Both the position numbers and the translations under genes were made by a program. The notes below the pieces were generated by a model. The model ran no database searches. It was given only the letters and a program-made list of their open reading frames with translations, and was not told the origin of the DNA. Source: Acutalibacteraceae bacterium (GTDB lineage: Bacteria > Bacillota > Clostridia > Oscillospirales > Acutalibacteraceae). Taken from it: 64,000 nucleotides of DNA. The stretch lies in assembly GCA_045588735.1 (NCBI GenBank), contig JAZNET010000029.1:12983-76982 (forward strand). The letters run 5' to 3'. Below are positions 17,663 through 26,101 of this stretch, piece after piece; positions within the stretch are counted from its first letter, which is position 1, and every line of letters begins with the position of its first letter.

Positions 17663-18481
17663 ATGGGTATGGTAGTTAGAACAAACACAATGGGTATTAA
17701 CGCAAACAGACAGTTAAACATGAACAACAGCCAGGTTTCTAAGAGCCTTGAGAAATTATCTTCAGGTTTCAGAATCAACCGCGCTGGTGACGATGCTTCT
17801 GGTCTTGCAATCAGCGAGAAGATGAAGGCTCAGATTAAGGGTCTTGAACAAGCTTCTGCAAACGCACAGGATGCTATCTCTCTCGTTCAAACAGCTGAAG
17901 GTGCTACAACTGAAATTCACAACATGCTTAACAGAATGGTTGAATTAACAACTAAAGCTGCTAACGGCATTTATGATTCAGGTGTTGACCGTCCAGCTAT
18001 CAAAGCTGAACTTACAGCTCTTGCAACTGAGATTTCTCGTATCACAACATCAACTAACTTCAACAACACAGTGTTACTTGATGGTAATCTTAACACTCAA
18101 CTTCAGATCGGTTCAGAGGGTACAGATACTCTTACAGTTTCTGTTACAGCTCTCGACGCTACATCTCTTAGCGTAAATGACCTTGATGTTTCTTCAGCAT
18201 CTGCTGCTAACACATCAATGGCTGCTGTTAAAACTGCTATCAATACAGTTTCTACAGCTCGTGCTAACCTCGGTGCTATCCAGAACCGTCTTGAGTACAC
18301 AATCAACAACCTTGATACAACAGCTGAAAACATGTCAGCAGCTAACTCACGTATTCGTGATACTGACATGGCTAAAGAGATGATGAACTACACAAAGATG
18401 AACGTTCTCACTCAGGCTGCTCAGGCAATGCTTGCACAAGCAAACCAACAACCTCAATCAGTTCTTCAGTTACTTCAGTAA
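17663..18481 (+). CDS. fliC: flagellin (272 aa), tandem paralog of 16524-17342
   Basis: Same length as the upstream copy, with no indels and about 23 substitutions by my count, mostly in the central segment. The ATG at 17663 follows AAGGAGG; the ORF-track start at 17633 is upstream of the SD. Confidence 0.95.
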   Translation: MGMVVRTNTMGINANRQLNMNNSQVSKSLEKLSSGFRINRAGDDASGLAISEKMKAQIKGLEQASANAQDAISLVQTAEGATTEIHNMLNRMVELTTKAANGIYDSGVDRPAIKAELTALATEISRITTSTNFNNTVLLDGNLNTQLQIGSEGTDTLTVSVTALDATSLSVNDLDVSSASAANTSMAAVKTAINTVSTARANLGAIQNRLEYTINNLDTTAENMSAANSRIRDTDMAKEMMNYTKMNVLTQAAQAMLAQANQQPQSVLQLLQ

Positions 18482-18593
18482 TCATTGAACAGAGGATAAT
18501 AGTTTTTTACATTGATTTAGCATTCGTTGCTAAGTAAATGTCTGGTGACCCCGGGAGGGGTTGCAAAATAAAATACCCAAACTAACAACCAAG

Positions 18594-18635
18594 GCCTCTT
18601 CGGGTTTACCCACCTGAAGAGGCTTTTCCTTTTTC
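18594..18635 (+). terminator. rho-independent terminator after the third flagellin
   Basis: GCCTCTTC/GAAGAGGC stem with a 14-nt loop, then TTTTCCTTTTT. Confidence 0.75.
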
Positions 18636-18875
18636 TTGATGCGTAGCTTCAGCGCCTAAACCGTTTTTTCATCCACTCGAAGTATCCTTATACGTCTTCG
18701 GGATGAAGAAAACGTCTTATGCACTAAAGCTACGCATCAATTTTTGGTTTCAATTTCAGCACCAAAGCCGTTTTTTCACCCACTTGACGTATCCTTATAC
18801 GCTTTCGGGATGAAGAAAACGTCTTATGCACTAAAGCTACGCATCAATTTTTGGTTTCAGTTTCAGCATCAAAGT
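18636..18875 (+). repeat. tandem direct repeat, 107-bp period, about 2.2 copies, with 14-bp inverted repeats
   Basis: Units 18661-18767 and 18768-18874 differ at 7 of 107 positions by my alignment. TTGATGCGTAGCTT (18636-18649) is the exact reverse complement of AAGCTACGCATCAA at 18727-18740 and 18834-18847. Confidence 0.85.
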
Positions 18876-18886
18876 CGTCTTGTAAA

Positions 18887-18926
18887 ACTCTGTTTTTTCT
18901 CATTGGGAAAAAACAGAGTGTTTTTT
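18887..18926 (+). terminator. rho-independent terminator closing the repeat region
   Basis: Perfect 12-bp stem ACTCTGTTTTTT/AAAAAACAGAGT with a 9-nt loop, followed by GTTTTTT. Confidence 0.75.
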
Positions 18927-18952
18927 ACCAGTTTTTTCTTTTTTATATAAAG

Positions 18953-18981
18953 TTGACAAGATTGATTTTATATGTTATTAT
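18953..18981 (+). promoter_or_regulatory. sigma-A-like promoter of the main flagellar operon
   Basis: TTGACA, 17 nt spacer, TATTAT. It lies about 140 nt upstream of fliE, directly after a terminator. Confidence 0.55.
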
Positions 18982-19123
18982 GTGTTAGTAACCATAGTGC
19001 CCTTGTATCGTTTTATGCCAGAAAAGAAAAATAAAATGTACAAAATGGCAAAAAGTTACGAAAAATTCACGGGTGATTTGTCCAAATTACCACAAGGTGT
19101 AGTATACGAAGGGGGAAACTGCA

Positions 19124-19426
19124 ATGTATATAGTACCTATTACACCAATGGAAAAAATGGATTTTTCTAAGGTAGAAAATGTTAAGACTGCAGCAGAAGC
19201 TACGGAGAGCGGATTTGCAAGTCTTTTGGATAATGCAATTGACGAATTTAAAAAAGCGGATGCACTTTCAGATGTTGACGGTAATTCACTTTCACTGGGA
19301 GATGCAGATGATTTGGCGCAGATTCAAATCAATATGTTAAAAGCAGAAACTATGCTTCAGACTACTGTTCAGATTACTTCAAGAGCAGTTAACGCTTATA
19401 AAGAAATTATGTCAATTCAAGTTTAA
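19124..19426 (+). CDS. fliE: flagellar hook-basal body complex protein FliE
   Basis: 100 aa. The C-terminus (SRAVNAYKEIMSIQV) matches the FliE signature (xAYQEIMxMQx). A GGGGGA SD lies upstream. Confidence 0.85.
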   Translation: MYIVPITPMEKMDFSKVENVKTAAEATESGFASLLDNAIDEFKKADALSDVDGNSLSLGDADDLAQIQINMLKAETMLQTTVQITSRAVNAYKEIMSIQV

Positions 19427-19493
19427 TATATAGCTTGTATACTATATATATTAATGAACAAAGACTTAAAAAAGAAATTCGGGGTAGTGTCAA

Positions 19494-21164
19494 GTGGCAG
19501 AAAATAGTAATGCTTTAGAGAATATGAAATCCAAGCTGTTGGACGAAAATACAACACTCGGAAAAACTCTCGCTTCAATAAAAAATTACTTTGCTGATAT
19601 GCCAAAGAAAAAGCGTAATGCTGTCTTTGGTATTGCTGCCGGTATTGTTGTACTTGCAGCAGTTTTGGCAATTATATTAAACGTTACGGGTGATAAGTAC
19701 GTTGCGCTTTATCAAGGTCTTGAGCCTACTGAGGCGGCGGAAATTTACCAGGAATTGCTTGCTGATGGAATTGATGCACAATTAGATTCCACCGGCAATG
19801 TTGTCGTGCCTACAGAGCTTTACGACCAGTGTCTTTTAATGCTCGCGCAGGAGGGTTATCCAAAATCTGCCCTCACCTACGATATTTTTGAATCCTCTCA
19901 AGGGCTTACAGCAACTGAGTCCGACAGAAAGCAAGCACTTATTCACCAAACTCAAAACCGTTTGCAGGATACCTTAATGAGAATTAAGGGTGTTGTTTCT
20001 GCAGACGTTACACTTGCTATTCCTGAAACTACAGATTACGTATGGCAGCAAACCGAAAAGGATGACAAGCCGACTGCCAGTGTAAATATTGAATTTGAAG
20101 AAGACGTGGAGCTTGGCGACGAGCAGATTACCGCTATTAAAAACCTTGTTGCATCTGCAGTTCCGAAGCTTGAGCCTGAAAACGTTTGCGTTATAGATGC
20201 AAGCACAATGGTAGAGCTTGTTATAGATGAAGACAAGTACGGCGGACTTACATACAACCAAAATCTTGATTTGGAGAAGATTATCCAAAATCAGATTGAA
20301 GATAACGTAAAAAGAATTTTAAAGCCTAAATACGGTGATGACGGTGTAGTTGCAGTTGCTAAGGTAACCATTAACTACGACAAAATGATGACTGAAAAAA
20401 TGGAGCTTATTCCTAACTCTAAGGAGGAGGGCTTCTTGACCCATGAGGAGGGTACCTTCCAGGGCGGTCAGCAGCAGGTTGCCGGTGGAGTTGCCGGTGA
20501 GGAAAATAATACGGATATTCCTAACTATCAATATAATAACGGAAGTGCGCTCAATGGCGAAACTATGATTGAGGGGCTTCGTGATTATGATTACGGCTAC
20601 ATTAAAACACAGGTTGAAAAGGGTAACTACGTGCTTGACAGAGTAACGGTTTCCGTTATGGTTAAGCAAGCCAACCTTTCTAATACCACTCGCGATGAAA
20701 TTACAGACATTGTTTCAAAGAGCGTAGACGTAGCTCCTGAAAACATAAGCGTTTCATCCTTTGTTGGTGAAAAGCCGCAAGACGACGTGGTTGTTAACAA
20801 AACCTTCATTGAAAAGCTTGCTGAATTGGAATTGTGGAAGCTTATTCTCATATTTGGCGTTATTGTGCTTATTGTTCTTCTTATTATTCTTATTCCTGTT
20901 ATTATTATCGCAAAAAAGAGAAAGAAGAAGAAAAAGGACGGTATGGAAGAATACCTTCAACAAATCGAAGACGAACGTGCAGCAGAGCAGCTTCAATTGC
21001 AGCAGGAAATCGACCGCTACAAGAAGGAGCTTGCAGACCTTGCTATGGGTGACGCTGACCCGAAAGACGAAGCTATCCTTAAAGAGGTTCGTAACTTTGC
21101 TAAGGCTAATCCGAAGATTACGGCTAACCTCCTTCGTTCATGGATAAAGGACGGTGACGATTAA
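19494..21164 (+). CDS. fliF: flagellar M-ring protein FliF
   Basis: 556 aa with N-terminal and C-terminal TM segments and a YscJ/FliF-type periplasmic region. It sits before fliG. The start is GTG. Confidence 0.9.
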   Translation: MAENSNALENMKSKLLDENTTLGKTLASIKNYFADMPKKKRNAVFGIAAGIVVLAAVLAIILNVTGDKYVALYQGLEPTEAAEIYQELLADGIDAQLDSTGNVVVPTELYDQCLLMLAQEGYPKSALTYDIFESSQGLTATESDRKQALIHQTQNRLQDTLMRIKGVVSADVTLAIPETTDYVWQQTEKDDKPTASVNIEFEEDVELGDEQITAIKNLVASAVPKLEPENVCVIDASTMVELVIDEDKYGGLTYNQNLDLEKIIQNQIEDNVKRILKPKYGDDGVVAVAKVTINYDKMMTEKMELIPNSKEEGFLTHEEGTFQGGQQQVAGGVAGEENNTDIPNYQYNNGSALNGETMIEGLRDYDYGYIKTQVEKGNYVLDRVTVSVMVKQANLSNTTRDEITDIVSKSVDVAPENISVSSFVGEKPQDDVVVNKTFIEKLAELELWKLILIFGVIVLIVLLIILIPVIIIAKKRKKKKKDGMEEYLQQIEDERAAEQLQLQQEIDRYKKELADLAMGDADPKDEAILKEVRNFAKANPKITANLLRSWIKDGDD

Positions 21165-22180
21165 TGGCAAGAAATGCGACTAAAGGACTTTCGCCAATAG
21201 GCAGAGCAGCGGCTGTTATCGTTGCTCTCGGTGCAGACGAGGCTGCAGGTGTATACAAATATTTAACTGAGGACGAAATTGAAAGACTTTCCGTCGAGGT
21301 TGCTAAATTAGAAAAGCTTACACCGTCAGATTTGCAAGAGGTTGTAGACGATTTCTACGGCCTTTGCACAACTCAGAAAATTATTTCTGAGGGTGGCGTT
21401 TTATATGCAAAGGATATTCTTGAAAAGGCTTTCGGCCCCGAGCTTGCTCAGTCCTATATGGACAGAGTTGCAGGTGCTATGCAGACAAGAGCATTTGAAT
21501 TTTTAAGAAAAGCAAAATCAAGAAACCTTTTAATGATGTTGCAGGGTGAACACCCTCAGGCAATTGCGTTCATTCTTTCTTATGCTCCGCCTGAAGAAGC
21601 ATCTAAAATTATTTCTGAACTTCCACCAAACACACAACTTAGTGTTATTAAGAGAATCGCGACTCTCGACAGCGTTTCACCAAGCATTGTTAATACTGTT
21701 GAAACTATTCTCGAAAGACGCTTCTCCTCCGTTGTTTCTGTTGATATGACAGAAATCGGCGGTGTTAACCACGTTGCAGATATTATGAACCATACAGACA
21801 GAGCTACTGAAAAGCGTATATTTGATGAGCTCGGTGCTACTGACCCTGAGCTTACAGACAGCATCAAAAAGCTTATGTTTGTTTTCGAAGATATTGTTCA
21901 TCTCGACCCGTTCACTATTCAAAGAGTGCTTCGAGACGTCGATTATCAGGACCTTGCTATTGCTATCAAGGGTTCTACAGAGGAAATCAAGGACGTATTG
22001 CTTTCCAACATTTCTGCACGTGCTAAAGAAAACATTCTTTCTGACCTTGAGTACCTCAGAAACGTTCGTATGCGTGACGTTGAAAAGGCTCAACAGAAGG
22101 TTGTTGATATAATTCGTACGTTAGAGGAGTCCGGAGAAATTACAATTTCTCACGGAGGGGAGGATGCAATAATTGAGTGA
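21164..22180 (+). CDS. fliG: flagellar motor switch protein FliG
   Basis: 338 aa with typical FliG blocks (EDEIERLS, MLQGEHPQAIAFILSY, FEDI, LRDVD). The start overlaps the fliF stop (TAATG). Confidence 0.95.
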   Translation: MARNATKGLSPIGRAAAVIVALGADEAAGVYKYLTEDEIERLSVEVAKLEKLTPSDLQEVVDDFYGLCTTQKIISEGGVLYAKDILEKAFGPELAQSYMDRVAGAMQTRAFEFLRKAKSRNLLMMLQGEHPQAIAFILSYAPPEEASKIISELPPNTQLSVIKRIATLDSVSPSIVNTVETILERRFSSVVSVDMTEIGGVNHVADIMNHTDRATEKRIFDELGATDPELTDSIKKLMFVFEDIVHLDPFTIQRVLRDVDYQDLAIAIKGSTEEIKDVLLSNISARAKENILSDLEYLRNVRMRDVEKAQQKVVDIIRTLEESGEITISHGGEDAIIE

Positions 22181-22910
22181 TATTTTCAGAACCTACAATT
22201 ATGCAGCTGACAAGGATTCCGTGAAAATTCCGGACGTCGAATTTGAGTTACCAAAGGTGACTATTGAAACAGAAGCAGAGCTTCCGCCTGAAGAGGCTTT
22301 TATGGAGTTTAAGCCTGAAAGCTTTGAGGCAGAGGTACCTCCCGCACCGGAGGAGCAGGTTGAAAAACTTGTTTACCCTACGCGTGAGGAATTGGCAGAG
22401 TTTTACAGAGATGAGCTCAATGCAATTGCTTTAGAGGTAGAAATCAAGGCGTATTCTGATGCACTGCAAAGTAAAAAGGCGGAGCTTCAGCACAGCATTG
22501 ACAGTATTTCTCAAAAAATTAACGAGATGGAAGAGCTTCAGAATTCCTTCTTGAAGGAATACGAAAGAAAACTGAAGTTTTTTGCTATAGATATTGCAGA
22601 AAAGTTAGTCTGCAGAAAAATTAGTGAGGACGATTTGTATTTGCAGGAGCTTGTAACGAAAATCGTAAGCGAATGCAAGGGTACAGATTGGCTTACACTT
22701 GAGGTTTCAGATGCTTTAGCGGGTCTTGTTGAGGCTGCAAAAGCAGAGCTTTCCAAGCCGGAGTATCGTGGCGTGGCAGAGGTTAAGCCTATTGCCTGTG
22801 CGGATGATACTTGCGTTGTAAGCACTGAAACAGGCGCAGTTGTCGCTACTATATCTGTTCAGGCAGATAATCTTCGCCTCGCTTTCAGAGAGGCTGAGAT
22901 GGAGGTTTAA
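22173..22910 (+). CDS. fliH: flagellar assembly protein FliH
   Basis: 245 aa, acidic and coiled-coil rich, between fliG and fliI. The call rests on position and composition. The TTG start is uncertain. Confidence 0.7.
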   Translation: MSDIFRTYNYAADKDSVKIPDVEFELPKVTIETEAELPPEEAFMEFKPESFEAEVPPAPEEQVEKLVYPTREELAEFYRDELNAIALEVEIKAYSDALQSKKAELQHSIDSISQKINEMEELQNSFLKEYERKLKFFAIDIAEKLVCRKISEDDLYLQELVTKIVSECKGTDWLTLEVSDALAGLVEAAKAELSKPEYRGVAEVKPIACADDTCVVSTETGAVVATISVQADNLRLAFREAEMEV

Positions 22911-22912
22911 GA

Positions 22913-24235
22913 GTGTTGCATTCCGGTAGTATTGATTTGAATAAGTACGAGAAGGTATTAAAGTTAACAGATACTCTCACTCGTGAGGGCAGAATTAACA
23001 AAATAATCGGTATGACCGTTGAAGCGACAGGCTTGACCTGCAGTATTGGCGATATTTGCAAAATTTTTCTTCCGGGGGAAGAAGGAGTAGTTTTATCTGA
23101 GGTAGTTGGTATTTCCGAAAGCACGGCGTTTTTAATGCCGTATCAAGAGGTAGATGGCATAGGCTACGGCTGCAAGGTTATAAACACAGGTAAAAAGCTT
23201 ACCGTACTTGCAAGCAATCAGCTTATAGGCAGAGCAGTAGATGCTCTCGGCAAGCCTATTGATAACAAGGAAGAAATTACCGAGGGTACGTCCATTTCCA
23301 TAGGCGGCGCGCCCGAAAACCCAATGGCACGACCACCCATCAACGAGGTTATTGAATTAGGTGTTAAGTGCATAGACGGACTTCTTACAATAGGTAAGGG
23401 TCAGCGTATGGGCATCTTCGCGGGAAGTGGTGTTGGTAAAAGTACACTTATGGGTATGATTGCCAGAAACGTTAAGGCCGACGTAAATGTAATTGCACTC
23501 GTTGGTGAGCGTGGCAGAGAGGTTGTTGAATTTATAGAGCGTGACTTAGGTCCCGAGGGACAAAAACGCTCCGTTTTAGTAGTGGCAACATCTGACCAGC
23601 CGGCCCTTATGCGTTACAAATGTGCGCAAACAGCAACGGCTATTGCAGAGTACTTTCAAAGACAAGGCAAGGACGTTCTTTTAATGATGGACTCCTTAAC
23701 TCGTTTTGCAATGGCACAGCGTGAAATTGGACTTAGCACCGGTGAAGCACCTGTAGCAAGAGGCTACACGCCTTCTATTTATTCTGCTTTACCAAAATTA
23801 CTCGAAAGGTCCGGTAACTTTAAAACCGGCTCTATTACAGGTATTTACACCGTTCTTTCAGAGGGTGATGATACAAACGAACCAATCTCTGATACCGTAA
23901 GAAGTATCATTGATGGTCATATAGTTTTGTCAAGGAAAATTGCATCAAGGAATCACTACCCTGCAATTGACGTTCTGAGTAGTCTTAGCCGTCTTATGAG
24001 CGGCATAGCTTCACCGGAACAAAAAGAAGCAGCAGGTCAGCTGAGAAATATGATGTCCATTTACAAAGAAAACGAGGACCTTATTTCAATTGGTGCATAT
24101 AAGCAGGGTAATAACCCTGAGCTTGACAGAGCAATAAGTCATATGCCGAAAATCAACGAATTCCTACAACAGAGGGTTGAAGACCCTTGTGGATTCGAAG
24201 AAACACTTCGACTCCTTAAACTTGCTGTAAATTAG
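22913..24235 (+). CDS. fliI: flagellum-specific ATPase FliI
   Basis: Walker A GSGVGKST, Walker B LLMMDS, and F1/T3SS ATPase architecture. 440 aa. Confidence 0.95.
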   Translation: MLHSGSIDLNKYEKVLKLTDTLTREGRINKIIGMTVEATGLTCSIGDICKIFLPGEEGVVLSEVVGISESTAFLMPYQEVDGIGYGCKVINTGKKLTVLASNQLIGRAVDALGKPIDNKEEITEGTSISIGGAPENPMARPPINEVIELGVKCIDGLLTIGKGQRMGIFAGSGVGKSTLMGMIARNVKADVNVIALVGERGREVVEFIERDLGPEGQKRSVLVVATSDQPALMRYKCAQTATAIAEYFQRQGKDVLLMMDSLTRFAMAQREIGLSTGEAPVARGYTPSIYSALPKLLERSGNFKTGSITGIYTVLSEGDDTNEPISDTVRSIIDGHIVLSRKIASRNHYPAIDVLSSLSRLMSGIASPEQKEAAGQLRNMMSIYKENEDLISIGAYKQGNNPELDRAISHMPKINEFLQQRVEDPCGFEETLRLLKLAVN

Positions 24236-24245
24236 AGTGTGTAAA

Positions 24246-24686
24246 ATGAAATCGTTTCAATTTTCATTATCAAAAATGCGTAGTTATAAGGAGCAAGTTC
24301 TCGAAAAGGAAAAAACAACCTTAAGGCAGCTTCAGGCAGAAAAGGCGAAAATAGAAACAGATATTGAAAATCTTGAGAATTTTCGTACGGCTCGTGAAAA
24401 TGAATTTAAACAAAGCAAAAACGGGTTAATGGCAACGGAGCTTGGACTTTACAAGTTTCACGCTGAAAACACCCGCCTGCAGTTAAATAATCTTTACGAG
24501 GAGCTTGAAAAAGCCGAAGCACGAATAGATGCACAAATCAAGGTTGTTGTTGCCGCTTCGCAAGAGGTTTCGGGACTTGACAAACTCCGAGATAAACAGT
24601 TAGAGGAATATAAGTATTTGGAAGCAAAGGAAGCACAAGAGGAAATTCTTGAATTAGTAGCCCAAAAAACTGCTGAGGAAGAATAG
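24246..24686 (+). CDS. fliJ: flagellar export chaperone FliJ
   Basis: 146-aa coiled-coil protein directly after fliI (MKSFQFSLSKM...). The ATG at 24246 is preferred over the GTG at 24237. Confidence 0.75.
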   Translation: MKSFQFSLSKMRSYKEQVLEKEKTTLRQLQAEKAKIETDIENLENFRTARENEFKQSKNGLMATELGLYKFHAENTRLQLNNLYEELEKAEARIDAQIKVVVAASQEVSGLDKLRDKQLEEYKYLEAKEAQEEILELVAQKTAEEE

Positions 24687-24741
24687 CTTGTCTTTGTGAA
24701 AAATACTATATTATATAAATGTTATTTAAGGAGGTGAAAAA

Positions 24742-26064
24742 GTGGAACAGGTGACTTTGCAAGCAATTAAGCAAATGCGAGTATCACGTTCAAAGGGCAG
24801 TTTTACAGGTGAAGCTTCATCAGGAACAGATGGTTTTATGCAGCTTATTGACAGTATGCTTGAAAACCTTGTGGACGGTGAAAATTCAGATGTAACAAAT
24901 GTACTTTTCGGCGGAAGCTTGCAAAACGGTGAGGACGTTGAAGATAATGCTTCATTGTTGAGTATGCTTAGTGAATTGTTACAGTCAAACGGTGGCAATC
25001 TTTCTCAGGATATTCTTTCGCTATTAGAAAACGTAAAGGGTCTTGACAGTGTAGAAATTCCAAATTTGGTTTCTAAGCTGCAGGAGAACAATTTCTTTGA
25101 GGCCTTGGGAATGGATGAGAATGCAGCAGATATGCTTTATACTATGGGCAACAACACGTACAACTATTTTGATGCTCAGTTAGAAGCAATAAGGGATTAC
25201 GTAGAATCCGGTTCTGCAGCAGATGACACAGCGCAGGTTGTAACAGGCACAATGAATACAACGACTACAGATGCTACAGCCGTTAACAGAACTGAAAACG
25301 CTAAAGCAAGCGCAGAGGCAAACGAAATACCAATAACTTCAGTTTCTTATGAAAAGGCTAATGAAGCTCAGTTAGTTCAACCAACAATAGGTGTTACCGT
25401 GCCAAATATGGTTTCTCAACGAATTATCAAAGCAGATTTAAGCGCCTTGGGGCAATTGAATGCTGATGATAACAACGGCGAGAATAACGACTTCAACACA
25501 ACTCTCGGCGAAATTGCACTGGCGAATGCAAATGCTAACCCGGTTATGACGGAGGTCGAATTGCCAAAGGTTGAAACCTTAAGCAATCCGTTATTCAACG
25601 AATTTAACGTTGCGGAGCAAATTACAGATGGCATCAAGGCAAACGTAAATCTTGAGAAAACTGAATTTACCGTTAAGTTAAATCCTGAATCTTTAGGCGA
25701 ATTAACCTTAAAGCTTGTTGAAGAAAACGGAAAAATGATTTTAGACATTACCGCGGCAAGTGAGAAAACAGCCAAAATGTTAAACGGCGATTTAGTAGCA
25801 CTTCGTGAATCTGTCGGCTCAATGAACATTGAGGTGAGAGAGGTAACGGTTACGCCCCCTGAGGACGTTCAGCAAAACAACGCACAGTTTAATATGACCG
25901 GTCAGCAATTCTCAGAGCAGCAAAGAGCATTCCAAAATCAACAACAGCAGGGAAATACACCTTATTACGCAGCACAGCACAGTTCAGTTGCTACGGGTGA
26001 GGTTACTGCAGATTACTCCGGTAGGATTAGGTCGGCTGTTGACGGATTAGACACGTACGTGTAA
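24742..26064 (+). CDS. fliK: flagellar hook-length control protein FliK
   Basis: 440 aa with a low-complexity N-half. The C-terminal Flg_hook-type block is LNPESLGELTLKLVEENGKMILDITAASEKTAKML. The tail is Q-rich. Confidence 0.8.
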   Translation: MEQVTLQAIKQMRVSRSKGSFTGEASSGTDGFMQLIDSMLENLVDGENSDVTNVLFGGSLQNGEDVEDNASLLSMLSELLQSNGGNLSQDILSLLENVKGLDSVEIPNLVSKLQENNFFEALGMDENAADMLYTMGNNTYNYFDAQLEAIRDYVESGSAADDTAQVVTGTMNTTTTDATAVNRTENAKASAEANEIPITSVSYEKANEAQLVQPTIGVTVPNMVSQRIIKADLSALGQLNADDNNGENNDFNTTLGEIALANANANPVMTEVELPKVETLSNPLFNEFNVAEQITDGIKANVNLEKTEFTVKLNPESLGELTLKLVEENGKMILDITAASEKTAKMLNGDLVALRESVGSMNIEVREVTVTPPEDVQQNNAQFNMTGQQFSEQQRAFQNQQQQGNTPYYAAQHSSVATGEVTADYSGRIRSAVDGLDTYV

Positions 26065-26101
26065 TTCTTGAGAATTACAAATTCTGAAAGGAGGAAATTA
26101 A

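Noticed and set aside
16964-18369. Antisense and alternative-frame ORFs inside the two tandem flagellin genes (16846-17037, 16964-17194, 17973-18176, 18103-18369, 18177-18383).
   Set aside because: They lie entirely within strongly supported flagellin CDSs and have no SD. Their Ala/Ser/Leu-rich translations are what biased flagellin codon usage produces in other frames.
18636-18875. Possibility that the tandem repeat is a CRISPR array.
   Set aside because: There are only about two copies. The 107-bp period has no unique spacers between short repeats, and no cas genes are present.
18744-18950. 68-aa ORF spanning the 107-bp repeats and the terminator.
   Set aside because: The repeat period is not a multiple of 3, so the two copies are read in different frames. 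The ORF has no SD and runs through a terminator hairpin.
18982-19170. 62-aa ORF in the fliE leader, and a possible c-di-GMP riboswitch there.
   Set aside because: The ORF has a GTG start with no SD and overlaps fliE. By eye the leader lacks the paired GNRA-tetraloop/receptor helices and the ACGCAAAGC-type core of GEMM-I, and I see no GEMM-II core. A covariance-model scan would be needed for a final answer.
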